Shown one piece after another: positions 29,199-39,093 of a DNA stretch of 64,000 nt. Origin of the DNA: Alphaproteobacteria bacterium 43-37 (lineage in GTDB: Bacteria; Pseudomonadota; Alphaproteobacteria; 43-37). The stretch spans positions 25,324 through 89,323 of the forward strand of contig MKSY01000026.1 in assembly GCA_001897475.1 (NCBI GenBank), written 5' to 3'. Below the pieces are notes generated by a model that saw only the letters and a program-made list of their open reading frames with translations, was not told the DNA's origin and ran no database searches. The position numbers and the translations under genes are program-made. Position 1 is the stretch's first letter. The number at the start of each line of letters is the position of its first letter.

Positions 29199-29213
29199 AG
29201 AAAGGTCAGAAGA

Positions 29214-29480
29214 ATGACAGAACCCACCACAAATAAAATCCTCCTGTTGCTAGGCAGGCTGGAGGGCAAAGTCGACTCCCTTTTGTCTAGCCAGTTAAGC
29301 ACGGAAGATACCATCAAAACCCATGACAAACGTCTCAGCAAACTGGAGAAAGCCCAAGCCTACTTAGCGGGGGCCTTGGCCCTTTGCTCTATCATTGCTT
29401 CTGGGGTGATCAAACATGTGAATTTAAAGCACATTGATGAACATCAAGAGGTTCGAATTAGAAGGGAGGAGCAACCATGA
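29214..29480 (+). CDS. Small hypothetical protein with a C-terminal transmembrane segment (gp17.5 holin position)
   Basis: It is 88 aa with one hydrophobic helix (LAGALALCSIIASGVI) and lies between the fiber and small terminase genes. Confidence 0.3.
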   Translation: MTEPTTNKILLLLGRLEGKVDSLLSSQLSTEDTIKTHDKRLSKLEKAQAYLAGALALCSIIASGVIKHVNLKHIDEHQEVRIRREEQP

Positions 29481-29692
29481 GCTCTCAACGATCAGTTCTT
29501 GAAAAGCTTCATGAGCAGCTCACCTTAATACTGTTAGAGCGGATCAAGGAAGGCGATTCAACCCCGGCACTGCTGAGTGTTGCTAGGCAGTTTCTGAAAG
29601 ACAATGGCATCGAAAGCCTGCCTACACCTGGCTCACACATGAGCGCACTGTTTGATAATATCCAGTCCTATGATCTGGATGATGCGCATTAG
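29477..29692 (+). CDS. Terminase small subunit (gp18-like)
   Basis: It is 71 aa, coupled to and immediately upstream of the large terminase, and acidic-helical like T7 gp18. Confidence 0.5.
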   Translation: MSSQRSVLEKLHEQLTLILLERIKEGDSTPALLSVARQFLKDNGIESLPTPGSHMSALFDNIQSYDLDDAH

Positions 29693-29706
29693 CAATAAAT
29701 GATTGG

Positions 29707-31377
29707 ATGATAAGCAGCATGAAAAATAACCAATCCATACACCCCATCCTTACCGACTTCCGTCAGTTCCTATTCCTGGTGTGGGAGCATCTGCATCTAT
29801 CATCACCCACACCGATTCAGCATGACATTGCCCATTTCCTGCAACACGGGCCAAGACGATGCGTGATTGAAGCTTTTCGGGGTGTTGGAAAGTCCTGGAT
29901 CACGTCGGCCTTTGTCTGCTGGAGCCTGCTTCGCAATCCTCAGCTCAACATCCTTGTCGTCTCAGCCAGCAAGCAGAGGGCGGATGACTTTTCCACCTTC
30001 ACCCGGCGCCTCATCTATGAACTGCCGATCCTGTATTCCATCCGCCCCAGAGATAATCAGCGCGATGCCAATATTGCCTTTGATGTAGGGCCTGCTCAAG
30101 CCTCACAAGCACCATCTGTTAAAAGCATAGGGATTACTGGGCAGATTACAGGAAGCCGGGCCGATATCGTGATTGCCGATGACGTTGAAGTGTTAAACAA
30201 CTCCCAAACCCCCATGATGCGGGAAAAACTCCTTACCACCATCAAAGAGTTTGAGGCTGTCATTAAGCCTGGTGGGCGAATCATTTTTCTTGGCACCCCT
30301 CAAACAGAAATGAGCATTTATCACCATTTGGAGGAAAGCGGTTATACCACAAGACTCTGGCCGGCCAGAACACCAGCTAACGATAAACTATCATCTTATG
30401 GAAGCAGACTCGCTCCTTACATCAAGAAGCTTATGTCAGACTCAGCAGAATTGACTCCCGCTGATCCCAAACGGTTTAGTGATCTTGAGCTCACAGAGCG
30501 GGAAGTGGTTTATGGCAAAACAGGGTTTGCGCTACAATTTATGTTGGATACATCCCTTAGCGATGCCAACAAGTATCCGCTGAAACTGTCCGATCTTATT
30601 GTGATGGATGTAAACTCAGACATTGCGCCAGTGAAAGTGGCTTGGTGTTCATCCTATGAGAAAGCACTTCTTGATCTTCCAACCATGGGGCTTTATGCGG
30701 ACAGGTTTTATGCGCCACTCTACATCTCAGACGAATGGGACTCTTACACTGGTTCTATCATGACCATTGACCCATCCGGCAGAGGGCAGGATGAGACAGG
30801 ATACGCCGTGGTCAAAATGCTCAAAGGTTATTTGTTCCTCACGGCAAATGGCGGCCTTAAAGGAGGGTACACGCAAGAGACATTAGAGCAACTTGCCAAG
30901 ATAGCCAAAGAGCAACAAGTGAACTTGATCCAGATTGAATCCAACTTTGGGGATGGAATGTTCACCCAGCTGTTCAAACCCATCTTACATAAACACTACT
31001 CCGTAGGGGTAGATGAAGTTCGGCACTCAACCCAAAAGGAACGGCGGATCATTGACACGCTTGAACCCGTGATGAACCAGCATCGCCTCATTATCGATAA
31101 GCGAATCATCCGCCAAGATTTTGAATCTACAAGTGAGGCGACCCACAAATTATTCTACCAAATGACTCGCATCACGAAAGACAGAGGCGCATTGGCCCAT
31201 GATGATCGCCTGGAAGCCCTTGCTATGGCTGTGAGCTACTGGGTGGATCAAATGGCAAAAGATACAGAAAGAAATGAGCAGGAACATAAGGAAAAGCTGC
31301 TGGATGAAGAGCTGGAGAGGTTTAGAAGGTGTGCCTTAAAATGCAATCATCAAAACAAAGAGGCCACCTGGGTATAA
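29707..31377 (+). CDS. Terminase large subunit (gp19-like)
   Basis: It has a Walker A block (AFRGVGKSWITSAFVCW) and an ATPase plus nuclease architecture. It is the last gene of the structural operon. Confidence 0.85.
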   Translation: MISSMKNNQSIHPILTDFRQFLFLVWEHLHLSSPTPIQHDIAHFLQHGPRRCVIEAFRGVGKSWITSAFVCWSLLRNPQLNILVVSASKQRADDFSTFTRRLIYELPILYSIRPRDNQRDANIAFDVGPAQASQAPSVKSIGITGQITGSRADIVIADDVEVLNNSQTPMMREKLLTTIKEFEAVIKPGGRIIFLGTPQTEMSIYHHLEESGYTTRLWPARTPANDKLSSYGSRLAPYIKKLMSDSAELTPADPKRFSDLELTEREVVYGKTGFALQFMLDTSLSDANKYPLKLSDLIVMDVNSDIAPVKVAWCSSYEKALLDLPTMGLYADRFYAPLYISDEWDSYTGSIMTIDPSGRGQDETGYAVVKMLKGYLFLTANGGLKGGYTQETLEQLAKIAKEQQVNLIQIESNFGDGMFTQLFKPILHKHYSVGVDEVRHSTQKERRIIDTLEPVMNQHRLIIDKRIIRQDFESTSEATHKLFYQMTRITKDRGALAHDDRLEALAMAVSYWVDQMAKDTERNEQEHKEKLLDEELERFRRCALKCNHQNKEATWV

Positions 31378-31404
31378 GGGTTCTTAAACCTAATTCTAAA
31401 CATT

Positions 31405-33348
31405 TTAAGACTTTTTGCCAGACCAACACCATTTTGCAAAATCAACTGCGGCCCAGAAAACCCCACCACGCCCACCTCCTGCAGCATCGCCTCCTTGACT
31501 CAATTCACCACCAAGACCAACACCTGTTCCTCCGGCTGCTGCTGCCGTACCTCCAGTTGATCCAACTGCAGCACCGGCCCCGGCTGAGGTAGAACCACCT
31601 TGCAACGTTGTTCCCCCTGCTCCAGTGACTGTGCTTCCTCCAGTAGCCACTGTTCCATAATTAAAGACTGCACCAGCCCCAGCAATTACCCCTGGCCGCC
31701 TTACAAAATAAATAATCGAACCAACAGCCGCAATTCCCACTACGGTACTAATGATTGGGCGCTCTAGAGCATAATGAACGGCACCATGGCCATAAGTTGT
31801 TAGTATATTTAAAATGCCGCCTTGCTGCACATTATCTCCCTGATTGATTAGCACCCTATTCCTTGCTCCAACACCTTCAACATTATGCGCACCTCTAGCT
31901 TCACCCCCATTTGCGGCTGCTGTTGCTTGTCCTGTTGAGGCTGCGCCCCTACTTGCCGCTCCTGCGCCGCCATGGGTGGCAATTGTGCCACCAGGGTAAG
32001 CGGTATGATGGTCTCCAGCTATGTTGTTGACAACATTATATTGAAAAGATTGGGCTGATCCTAGTGTTGGTGTGGCTGGCATTGACGCCGCGCCTGGAAC
32101 TGCACTGGTGGGTAACGTAGCCACGGAGAAGGATGATGCCACCGTATCAAATTCTGACCCTACGTCTCTTTCTGAGACTTCTAGTGTTTTTGCAGCTTCA
32201 GCAAGAATTGCTTGTACGGTTTTATAAGCATCTGATGAACTTGGAATACGGGATAGTAATTCCCTTAATACTGCCTGAGCCTCTTCTGCAAGTTCTGCGT
32301 TATGGCTAAATTTTTCCCAAGCAGACTTGAATGAATTAATGTCAATTCCATTTCCTCTTAGTTTAAGCCTATAAAGTCTCGCCCAAGCACCGTATTCGTT
32401 ATCCGGGTTCCTGCTTTTTACAATTTCATCTAAGTCCGCTAATGCCTCTTTGTGATCTGCATATTCGCCATTTCTATATGCAGCAATAAGTGCTCTTATG
32501 CTCGCATCTCTGTTAGCTATTTTTTCACGATCTCCTCCACTTGGTATTCTAATGTGTCCTAACCATGTGTCTCTTCTCTCTGTCAACCCCGGGGTTCCTG
32601 GCGCTGCTGCAGCGCCAACATCCACCGCTGTTGCTCTTCCTCTCCCGGTCTCGGCAGCTGATGCTGAGACAGGCTCAAACGCCCCCGTAGCTGGGTTAAG
32701 CCTGGTATGTAATGTTGGTAGTCCAGCTCCACCGCTTGCCCCTGCACCCCCTGCTGCTGCTAAGCCTGGCGCTGAGTCATCTTCTTCAACATCTGTTCGG
32801 GCAGGAACGCCTGGCTTGTTTGTTTTGGTAGCGAATGGTGTTGGTGATGCAGAAAAATAGGGATTACCCCTGCCAACTTTAATGCCATTAACAATATCAT
32901 ATGGGAGGTAAGAGGGCGTTGGGGAAGAAGCTGGGTAGAGTACTGCTATTTGTTCAAGAGTTAGCCTACCTTGCTCACCATCCACCCTTACTGGATAATT
33001 TCTTAGGCTTTCTATTCCATGAGTTGTTGTTTCATCAGCTCTTCTTGAAGGAGAAGCCGTTGCTGAGGGCATCATTGAAGGTTCAAACATGGGATTTACG
33101 TCAAACTGTATGGCTAATGGGCTTGGATTCGGAAGAGTAACAGTTCTTCCTCTTGGAAAAAACCCACCAAAGAACTCACCGGCTCCTGAAGGCTGGGCAC
33201 AGACATTCTTAGTTGGGAATGATGAAAGAATGGTGGTCAAAGCCAAAGCTTTAGCCAAAAGGAGTTTTGTTCCTTTACCTAACGTATTGCTGATATTCAT
33301 AAAAACCTCCAAGAGTGCATGAATATTTGTAACTATTATGTGATTCAT
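31405..33348 (-). CDS. Large Gly/Ala-rich protein predicted to be secreted, with a C-terminal TM helix and a poly-Gly tail
   Basis: It has an N-terminal signal peptide (LLAKALALTTILSSF), a TM helix (ISTVVGIAAVGSIIYFV) and a C-terminal G/A/T low-complexity tail. It is on the minus strand, convergent with the terminase. Confidence 0.5.
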   Translation of the reverse strand: MNHIIVTNIHALLEVFMNISNTLGKGTKLLLAKALALTTILSSFPTKNVCAQPSGAGEFFGGFFPRGRTVTLPNPSPLAIQFDVNPMFEPSMMPSATASPSRRADETTTHGIESLRNYPVRVDGEQGRLTLEQIAVLYPASSPTPSYLPYDIVNGIKVGRGNPYFSASPTPFATKTNKPGVPARTDVEEDDSAPGLAAAGGAGASGGAGLPTLHTRLNPATGAFEPVSASAAETGRGRATAVDVGAAAAPGTPGLTERRDTWLGHIRIPSGGDREKIANRDASIRALIAAYRNGEYADHKEALADLDEIVKSRNPDNEYGAWARLYRLKLRGNGIDINSFKSAWEKFSHNAELAEEAQAVLRELLSRIPSSSDAYKTVQAILAEAAKTLEVSERDVGSEFDTVASSFSVATLPTSAVPGAASMPATPTLGSAQSFQYNVVNNIAGDHHTAYPGGTIATHGGAGAASRGAASTGQATAAANGGEARGAHNVEGVGARNRVLINQGDNVQQGGILNILTTYGHGAVHYALERPIISTVVGIAAVGSIIYFVRRPGVIAGAGAVFNYGTVATGGSTVTGAGGTTLQGGSTSAGAGAAVGSTGGTAAAAGGTGVGLGGELSQGGDAAGGGRGGVFWAAVDFAKWCWSGKKS

Positions 33349-33621
33349 TATTAAGTTAACGATAATAATGGATATGGATAAATCAAGTACTATAACGGTA
33401 TAATCTAGGGAAAATGATCAAGCTTAAGATAAATATCTATTTCAATCAATGAAATAGAAGATATTATTTTTAATGAATAATTGGCATTCACTAAACGTTC
33501 CATTGATTGTTAATATCTTTAAGCAAATTACTTAATAACAAAAATATTTTTTTACAAAAATCTCAAACCCCAACTCTCCCGGTAACCGTCAGCGCTTTCC
33601 CCCGTAGGGGTGGCCACTCCG

Positions 33622-34218
33622 TCATAGCAGATCGATGAGTGCACGTTGGGCGTCGGTGTTAGCATCAATGTAGCGCTGGGTCATGGAAAGGGACGCATGA
33701 CCTGCCAGCAGCTGTACGTCTCTCAGGCTTCCTCCTACTGTCGACACCTTCCTAGCCGCATTGGTGATGAATGTTCTGCGCCCAGAATGGCTGGAGCAGC
33801 CGATGAGGCCAAGAGCTGCATACACCTTTTTGAACCAATGGACTACGTTGCAGGTGTGCATTTTACAGCCATGCTTACTAAAGATGATGTGTTTATGAGG
33901 CTCTGGTGAATGGTGCGCCTTCCTTACAACCATTCTTAAAATGATAAGTGCATCTTTCAACTGTGGATGCAGAGGAATAATCCGTCCTGACTTGCCCTTG
34001 CTGGCAGAGGATGGCAGGTGGATGTGGTTACTGATGTTCCCATCAGGATCAAGCACCATGGCCCAGGTTAGCTCAGCAATTTCCTTGGCTCGTAAACCTG
34101 CTTTAAAGGAAAGCAGCACCATTACCATATTACGCTCAGGATAGGTTAAGGCTGATACGTGATAAAGTATCCTCTCCATGTCTTTTGTTCTTAAAACTTT
34201 TGCTTGTCTACCAATCAT
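33622..34218 (-). CDS. Tyrosine recombinase, catalytic domain only (198 aa)
   Basis: It has the catalytic R (LRAKE), HSGRRTF (HxxR), LAGHASLSMTQRY (H and Y) and lacks an N-terminal core-binding domain. Confidence 0.7.
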   Translation of the reverse strand: MIGRQAKVLRTKDMERILYHVSALTYPERNMVMVLLSFKAGLRAKEIAELTWAMVLDPDGNISNHIHLPSSASKGKSGRIIPLHPQLKDALIILRMVVRKAHHSPEPHKHIIFSKHGCKMHTCNVVHWFKKVYAALGLIGCSSHSGRRTFITNAARKVSTVGGSLRDVQLLAGHASLSMTQRYIDANTDAQRALIDLL

Positions 34219-34752
34219 TTAATGCACTCATTTCAGCGGTTACTCACTACTTTTATGTGCAAATCTATGCTTGATTTTTAAAGATGGCCCTTGAATAGGG
34301 CTTCAACCTTCACTTGCACAATAAATTAATCTTTCATGTTCAACAGATGCTATGTGAGCATTGTTCAGGGCAAAAATCAAGTCTGCCGCCAACTCAACCC
34401 GTTGGTTTTGCTGGAGTTTTAGTCCATCCAAGTCAGTGTGTTGCCTTAAAAATTTTGAAGTTTGTCACTTTAACAAAAGCCGGGATTTTATAATGGAGTA
34501 TTTGTAGCTGGTAAATGGTCAGTGCATTGTGGATTGAACATTGATCAAATGAAACTGTAATATGTTGATTCAATATGATGTTTTAAGGCTTATGTCAACA
34601 TAATGATCAATTATGCATCATAATCCCTATATTTTGACCCCTGAATGGCCTTTGGGATATTGGGTGGCCCAAAAGCTCCAGAAATAGATAAAACGTATCA
34701 GTGAGCAGATTTTGGGCATTTATGACGATGTTGCTGTTTTTGTTATCTTTTC

Positions 34753-35793
34753 TCATAAAGCCTTCTTAATTAAACCAACCAAAGTCTTCATGGCTTGATC
34801 ATGAATAACGTTCTTATGGCAGTGTAGGTAAACATCAGCCGTGCCAACAGGCTCGTTCATAACCTTGACGAGTTGACTTCTATGGATCAGATCAGGCGGG
34901 TAAAGGGCAATGCCAACACCTACTTCACATAGCTTGAGCGCCATGTAGGAATGATTCACCTCTGTGATGTTTTCGGGTGGGATGTTTCCAAACCCAGCCA
35001 TCCAGTTGGCATCAAAAGTTGTATTGCCACTCACTCGTGTCACAATGATGGAATGGTTTGTTAAGTCAGCTGAAGAAAGGCTGCCAAACTTCTTCATATA
35101 TTCTGGACTTGCAAAAAGATAGCTTTGGTAGGTTTTTAAATGGATGGCTTCAAAGCCTCTGGAGATTTGATCAATGGGCCAGATGATGACGTCTGCTTCT
35201 TTAAACTTCTTATCCGGCAGAGCTGATAGCGTGTAAATGCATAGCTGAATCTGGGGGAATGCATCTTTAAACTGTTTCAGCACTTTGGGAAACACAGATA
35301 TGCCAAGAGGCAGTGTGGTGAATATTTTTATCTGATGGATGTTTGTTTTATCGGTTGCATCATTATAAGTGTCCCACTGCAACTTTGAAAAAATCTCATT
35401 GACCATTTGATAAACTTTGTCTCCTGAAGTCGTCAGCTCATACCCACGTGGTTCTCGATCAAATAGCAAAACCCTAAGAATATCTTCGAGCTTTTGAATA
35501 TTATAAGTTACCGCAGAAGGGGACATTTTTAGGTTCTTTGCGGCTAATCTACGGGTTTTGTAATAAACGCAGGCATGAAAGACTTTGAGCTGCAAAATGT
35601 TGGCACAGAGGAGGGTTTCATTTAAATGATTCTCACAAGATACGTTTTCTTGTCTTTTCCTTAGATGTGAAACTTTGGGAGTTCTAGGCTTTTTTCTTTT
35701 AGTGATTTGAAGTGATCGTTTCTGTGTCACGGTTTTAGCCTCTTTCTTGAAAACTAAACTCAAAAATTGCTCTGCCACAAATATACCGATCAA
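34753..35793 (-). CDS. LysR-family transcriptional regulator with an N-terminal Lys/Arg-rich extension
   Basis: It has an HTH (LQLKVFHACVYYKTRRLAAKNLKMSPSAVTYNIQKLE) and a LysR substrate-binding domain. It is divergent from the RNAP gene. About 60 aa of basic leader (KRKKPRTPKVSHLRKRQ) precede the HTH. Confidence 0.8.
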   Translation of the reverse strand: MIGIFVAEQFLSLVFKKEAKTVTQKRSLQITKRKKPRTPKVSHLRKRQENVSCENHLNETLLCANILQLKVFHACVYYKTRRLAAKNLKMSPSAVTYNIQKLEDILRVLLFDREPRGYELTTSGDKVYQMVNEIFSKLQWDTYNDATDKTNIHQIKIFTTLPLGISVFPKVLKQFKDAFPQIQLCIYTLSALPDKKFKEADVIIWPIDQISRGFEAIHLKTYQSYLFASPEYMKKFGSLSSADLTNHSIIVTRVSGNTTFDANWMAGFGNIPPENITEVNHSYMALKLCEVGVGIALYPPDLIHRSQLVKVMNEPVGTADVYLHCHKNVIHDQAMKTLVGLIKKAL

Positions 35794-35953
35794 TATTTAA
35801 TATTTGCCTAAAACAGGCCGTATGGCTTCAACATAGGAGGAGTCAACTTTTCTGCCCTCAAAAAACATTTGCGTCAACATAAGCCCAAATGATATATGCC
35901 CAATTTGTATTCAACTATAAAAACTGTAACCACATACAAATAGGGAACTTATC

Positions 35954-38440
35954 ATGGACTCTACTTTTACTGAAGGCAGTGTTGAGACCAATCTCAATGC
36001 CAGCCTTGAATCAAACGTTAATAGCAACGTCAATCCCCACTTTGAAGAAACATTTGTTCAACAGGGCAAAGAGCGCTTTGCCGTATCCCACCAAAAAGCC
36101 ATAAGAAAAGGTTCTTACTCGGTTACGCAGGTTGGGCGCATCCTCCTTCCGCCCGCCATTGAACCACTTAAAGAAGCTGTGATCGATTTTGTCACCACAG
36201 CGATGACTGGCCAGGCCACCACCATGGCAACAGCAGCCCTTTATCTTAAAAACCTAGCTCCTGAAGTTGTGTCATTGATCGCTTGTCGTTGCATCATCGA
36301 TAAGCTCACGCAGCCCATCTCTTTCACACGTCTTGCCAGCATCATTGGCAAAGCGATTCAGGATGAATTGATCATGGAAGCTTTCAGCGAACAAAATAGA
36401 AGGCTATACGATACTATCGCTTTAGAGAACTTGAAGAAGATTTCCAACACCTTTGTGCGCCGCTCTATGATGCGCAAGCAAGCCGCTCACTATGAAATTG
36501 TCTCACCAGAGATGGATCAATCCACCTGCATTCTTGTGGGAGCCAAGCTTATTGAACTGTTTTGTGAGGTCACTGGGTTTATCGAAATCTTCATTCAGAT
36601 TCGAAGTGGCCGGGAATACCGCATGGTGCATCCCACGGCTAAGGTCTTAGAGTCCATTGATCAGCTTTACGATCAGTTATCTGGAAGGTTCCCAGCTTTT
36701 GGCCCTATCATCAAAAAGCCCAAAGATTGGAAAAGCTTTCATGAAGGAGGATTCCATACGTTACGCCAAAAGTTTGTGCGCACCTTTTCCAAAGAGCATG
36801 CGAAGATGCTTAAACATCATGCCATGCCAAAGGTGTATGAAGCCGTCAACCATTTGCAGGCAACACCCTATGCCATTAACAAGCAAGTCTTGGAAGTGGC
36901 TCAATACATTTGGGATCGAAGAGAAAACTTTGGCGAATTGCCCTTTGCGGGGCTGCCTGAAAGGTATGTTTATGAGATACACGGCCAACCAACTGGATTT
37001 GATGAGGGTTCTCTTGCTAAGCATAAATACAATGAAAGCATAAAAAGTCAGAACCTTGAGGTCAAATTTATTCTTAAAACAGCCCATAGCTACAAGGATG
37101 AAAGGCAATTATACTTTGTCCATAACACAGACTTTCGAGGAAGGGTTTATCCTGTTACTAGTTACCTGTCCCCACAAGGCAATGATTTGAATCGCGGCAT
37201 ACTCACTTTTTCTGAATCTCAAGCAAAACCTTTGGGTAAATCAGGGCTAATCTGGCTCAAGATTCATGCAGCCAACTGTTGGGGCAAAGATAAAGACTCA
37301 TTGGATGAACGCATCAATTGGAGCAGTGATAACCTTGAGCGCATTATTCGAGTAGCTGAAGACCCGTATGCTGATTACTGGTGGGAAGAAGCGGACAAAC
37401 CGTTTCAGTTCTTGGCTGTTTGTTATGAGTTTTTAAAGCTGATGGTGGAATGGGATGATTACAAATGCGCCCTTCCCATCACAGTGGATGGATCAAACAA
37501 CGCCCTGCAACACTTCAGTGCTCTTCTCTTAGACGAGAGGCTCGGAAGGGCAACCAACATGCTCCCTCCTGAGTCAGATGGTGAAAAGCCAAAGGACTTT
37601 TACCAAGAAGTTTGTGATGCAGCCACTCACCTGATCACCATAGATGCCGCTCATGGGAAGCCAGAAGCTAAAGCTTGGGTAAAAGCCATTAACCGCAAGA
37701 TAGTGAAGTCTCCAGTTATGACCTACTATTACGGCGTCACATTCAAAGGAATGGAAGATCAGATTGATGAGGTTTTGGGAAATCAAATCGATGAAAGCTT
37801 GAAAGATCAAGCGTTAACAGTTCATGGGGATCGTAAAAAGAGTATTCAGTACCTTGTCTGGTTGTTAAAACGAATCATTCCTCAAAAGGCACCATCCGTG
37901 GAAAGCTGTATGCAGCTTTTGAAGTGCGCCACACGGCATCTTGCTAAGCAAAATAAATCCACTACATGGCTAACACCTTCTGGGTTTAAGGTTGTCCAAG
38001 ATAATCGAATAAAAACAAAGATGCAGATAAAAACTAAATTGTTTGGAACTCAGAACTTCTGGATGAGGTTCGATGCTGAGCCCAATAACGAAGATAAGGC
38101 TGATATTAAACGACAAGCCAATGGTATTACAGCCAACTTTATTCACTCTTTGGATGCTGCTGCCTTAACCCTGTGCATCTTGGAAGCTAAAAAACACAAC
38201 ATCACAGCCATTCGAACCATTCATGATAGCTTGTCTGTGGTTCCAGGTGATATGGAAGTTTTAAGCCAGCTGATTCGAAAAAGTTTTCAGCAGATGTATC
38301 AGGATAAAAACTTGCTCAAGGATTTTCTAACCCAAACATTGGACAAGGAAACAGCTGAAACCTTTTGGAAAGAAGCCAATATTAGCCTTGGGCTTCTTGA
38401 TCTCAGTCAACTGAAAAAAGCCACATACTTTTTTGCTTAA
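35954..38440 (+). CDS. Single-subunit DNA-directed RNA polymerase, T7 gene 1-like
   Basis: VDGSNNALQHFSALLLDE (T7 DGSCSGIQHFSAMLRDE), NFIHSLDAAAL (T7 NFVHSQDGSHL), IHDSLSVVP (T7 IHDSFGTIP) and the C-terminus ...YFFA (T7 ...FAFA). Confidence 0.92.
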   Translation: MDSTFTEGSVETNLNASLESNVNSNVNPHFEETFVQQGKERFAVSHQKAIRKGSYSVTQVGRILLPPAIEPLKEAVIDFVTTAMTGQATTMATAALYLKNLAPEVVSLIACRCIIDKLTQPISFTRLASIIGKAIQDELIMEAFSEQNRRLYDTIALENLKKISNTFVRRSMMRKQAAHYEIVSPEMDQSTCILVGAKLIELFCEVTGFIEIFIQIRSGREYRMVHPTAKVLESIDQLYDQLSGRFPAFGPIIKKPKDWKSFHEGGFHTLRQKFVRTFSKEHAKMLKHHAMPKVYEAVNHLQATPYAINKQVLEVAQYIWDRRENFGELPFAGLPERYVYEIHGQPTGFDEGSLAKHKYNESIKSQNLEVKFILKTAHSYKDERQLYFVHNTDFRGRVYPVTSYLSPQGNDLNRGILTFSESQAKPLGKSGLIWLKIHAANCWGKDKDSLDERINWSSDNLERIIRVAEDPYADYWWEEADKPFQFLAVCYEFLKLMVEWDDYKCALPITVDGSNNALQHFSALLLDERLGRATNMLPPESDGEKPKDFYQEVCDAATHLITIDAAHGKPEAKAWVKAINRKIVKSPVMTYYYGVTFKGMEDQIDEVLGNQIDESLKDQALTVHGDRKKSIQYLVWLLKRIIPQKAPSVESCMQLLKCATRHLAKQNKSTTWLTPSGFKVVQDNRIKTKMQIKTKLFGTQNFWMRFDAEPNNEDKADIKRQANGITANFIHSLDAAALTLCILEAKKHNITAIRTIHDSLSVVPGDMEVLSQLIRKSFQQMYQDKNLLKDFLTQTLDKETAETFWKEANISLGLLDLSQLKKATYFFA

Positions 38441-38642
38441 ATGAGTGTGAGGATGAAGAAAAAGAATAACGCAATTTACAAAAAGGAATATTCATAAAAT
38501 TTTATACAGAAAGTTTGCGTATTGGAGAAATCAATCATCTCTTGTTTTAGGTTAATCACAACTAAGAACAAATAATGATCCACAGTGACATCCTATATAA
38601 TATATATTAATAAACTATAGTATTTTATAATAACTTAAATGA

Positions 38643-38690
38643 ACTTAAGGCAGCTTAAAAAACAAATGAAGGCTGCCTTAAGTTATTTTT
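38643..38690 (+). terminator. Rho-independent terminator-like hairpin downstream of the RNAP gene
   Basis: A 13-bp perfect stem (aacttaaggcagc / gctgccttaagtt) is followed by ATTTTT. Confidence 0.45.
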
Positions 38691-38770
38691 AAAGAGCCTT
38701 AAGAAACTTAAAGCACATATAAGCTTCTTCTTTCATCATCTTCATCAACATATCTTACTTTCCAAAGTCT

Positions 38771-38940
38771 GCTCAAGCCCGAGCCGCCCAGGCGGGAGGC
38801 AGGGCGAGGGCTGCAAGCAGCCACAGACGACACAAAGAAAGGAAAGACACAAAAGAAAGTGTCATCTCATCTCTTCCAAGAGCAATCGTCGTGTCGCACT
38901 GCGAGGCAGTTGCTGCCAAGGCAGGAGATAGAACAAAGAA
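38771..38940. other. GC-rich structured block inside the 650-bp noncoding region between the RNAP and SSB genes (candidate ori, promoter cluster or ncRNA)
   Basis: gctcaagcccgagccgcccaggcgggaggcagggcgagggctgcaagcagcc... has short palindromes (ggctgcaagcagcc). It is flanked by very AT-rich DNA (tatataatatatattaataaactatag). Confidence 0.3.
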
Positions 38941-39093
38941 TCATTCATCATACCTAATGTTTTCTTAAGGAAAGGAAGCATCATGACAAACTCATCATAA
39001 AAAGGCTCTGTCAAGAGCCGCCCCTTAATTCATCATAATGAACCATAATTCATTTAATGCCTTCATTTCTTTTACTCAAAGGACACACATCCC

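Noticed and set aside
31500-32860. ORFs 31500-31685(-), 32498-32860(+), 32901-33140(+) and 33089-33322(+) lie inside or antisense to the Gly-rich gene.
   Set aside because: They are embedded in or antisense to the 647-aa low-complexity gene. GC-rich repetitive codons make spurious open frames here.
33540-33621. A GC-richer 80-bp segment (ccccaactctcccggtaaccgtcagcgctttcccccgtaggggtggccactccgtcata) lies immediately upstream of the small recombinase gene and was considered as a tRNA fragment or att site.
   Set aside because: No cloverleaf could be folded by eye and it has no repeat partner in the window. It is mentioned as a possible recombinase target only within the cargo-island finding.
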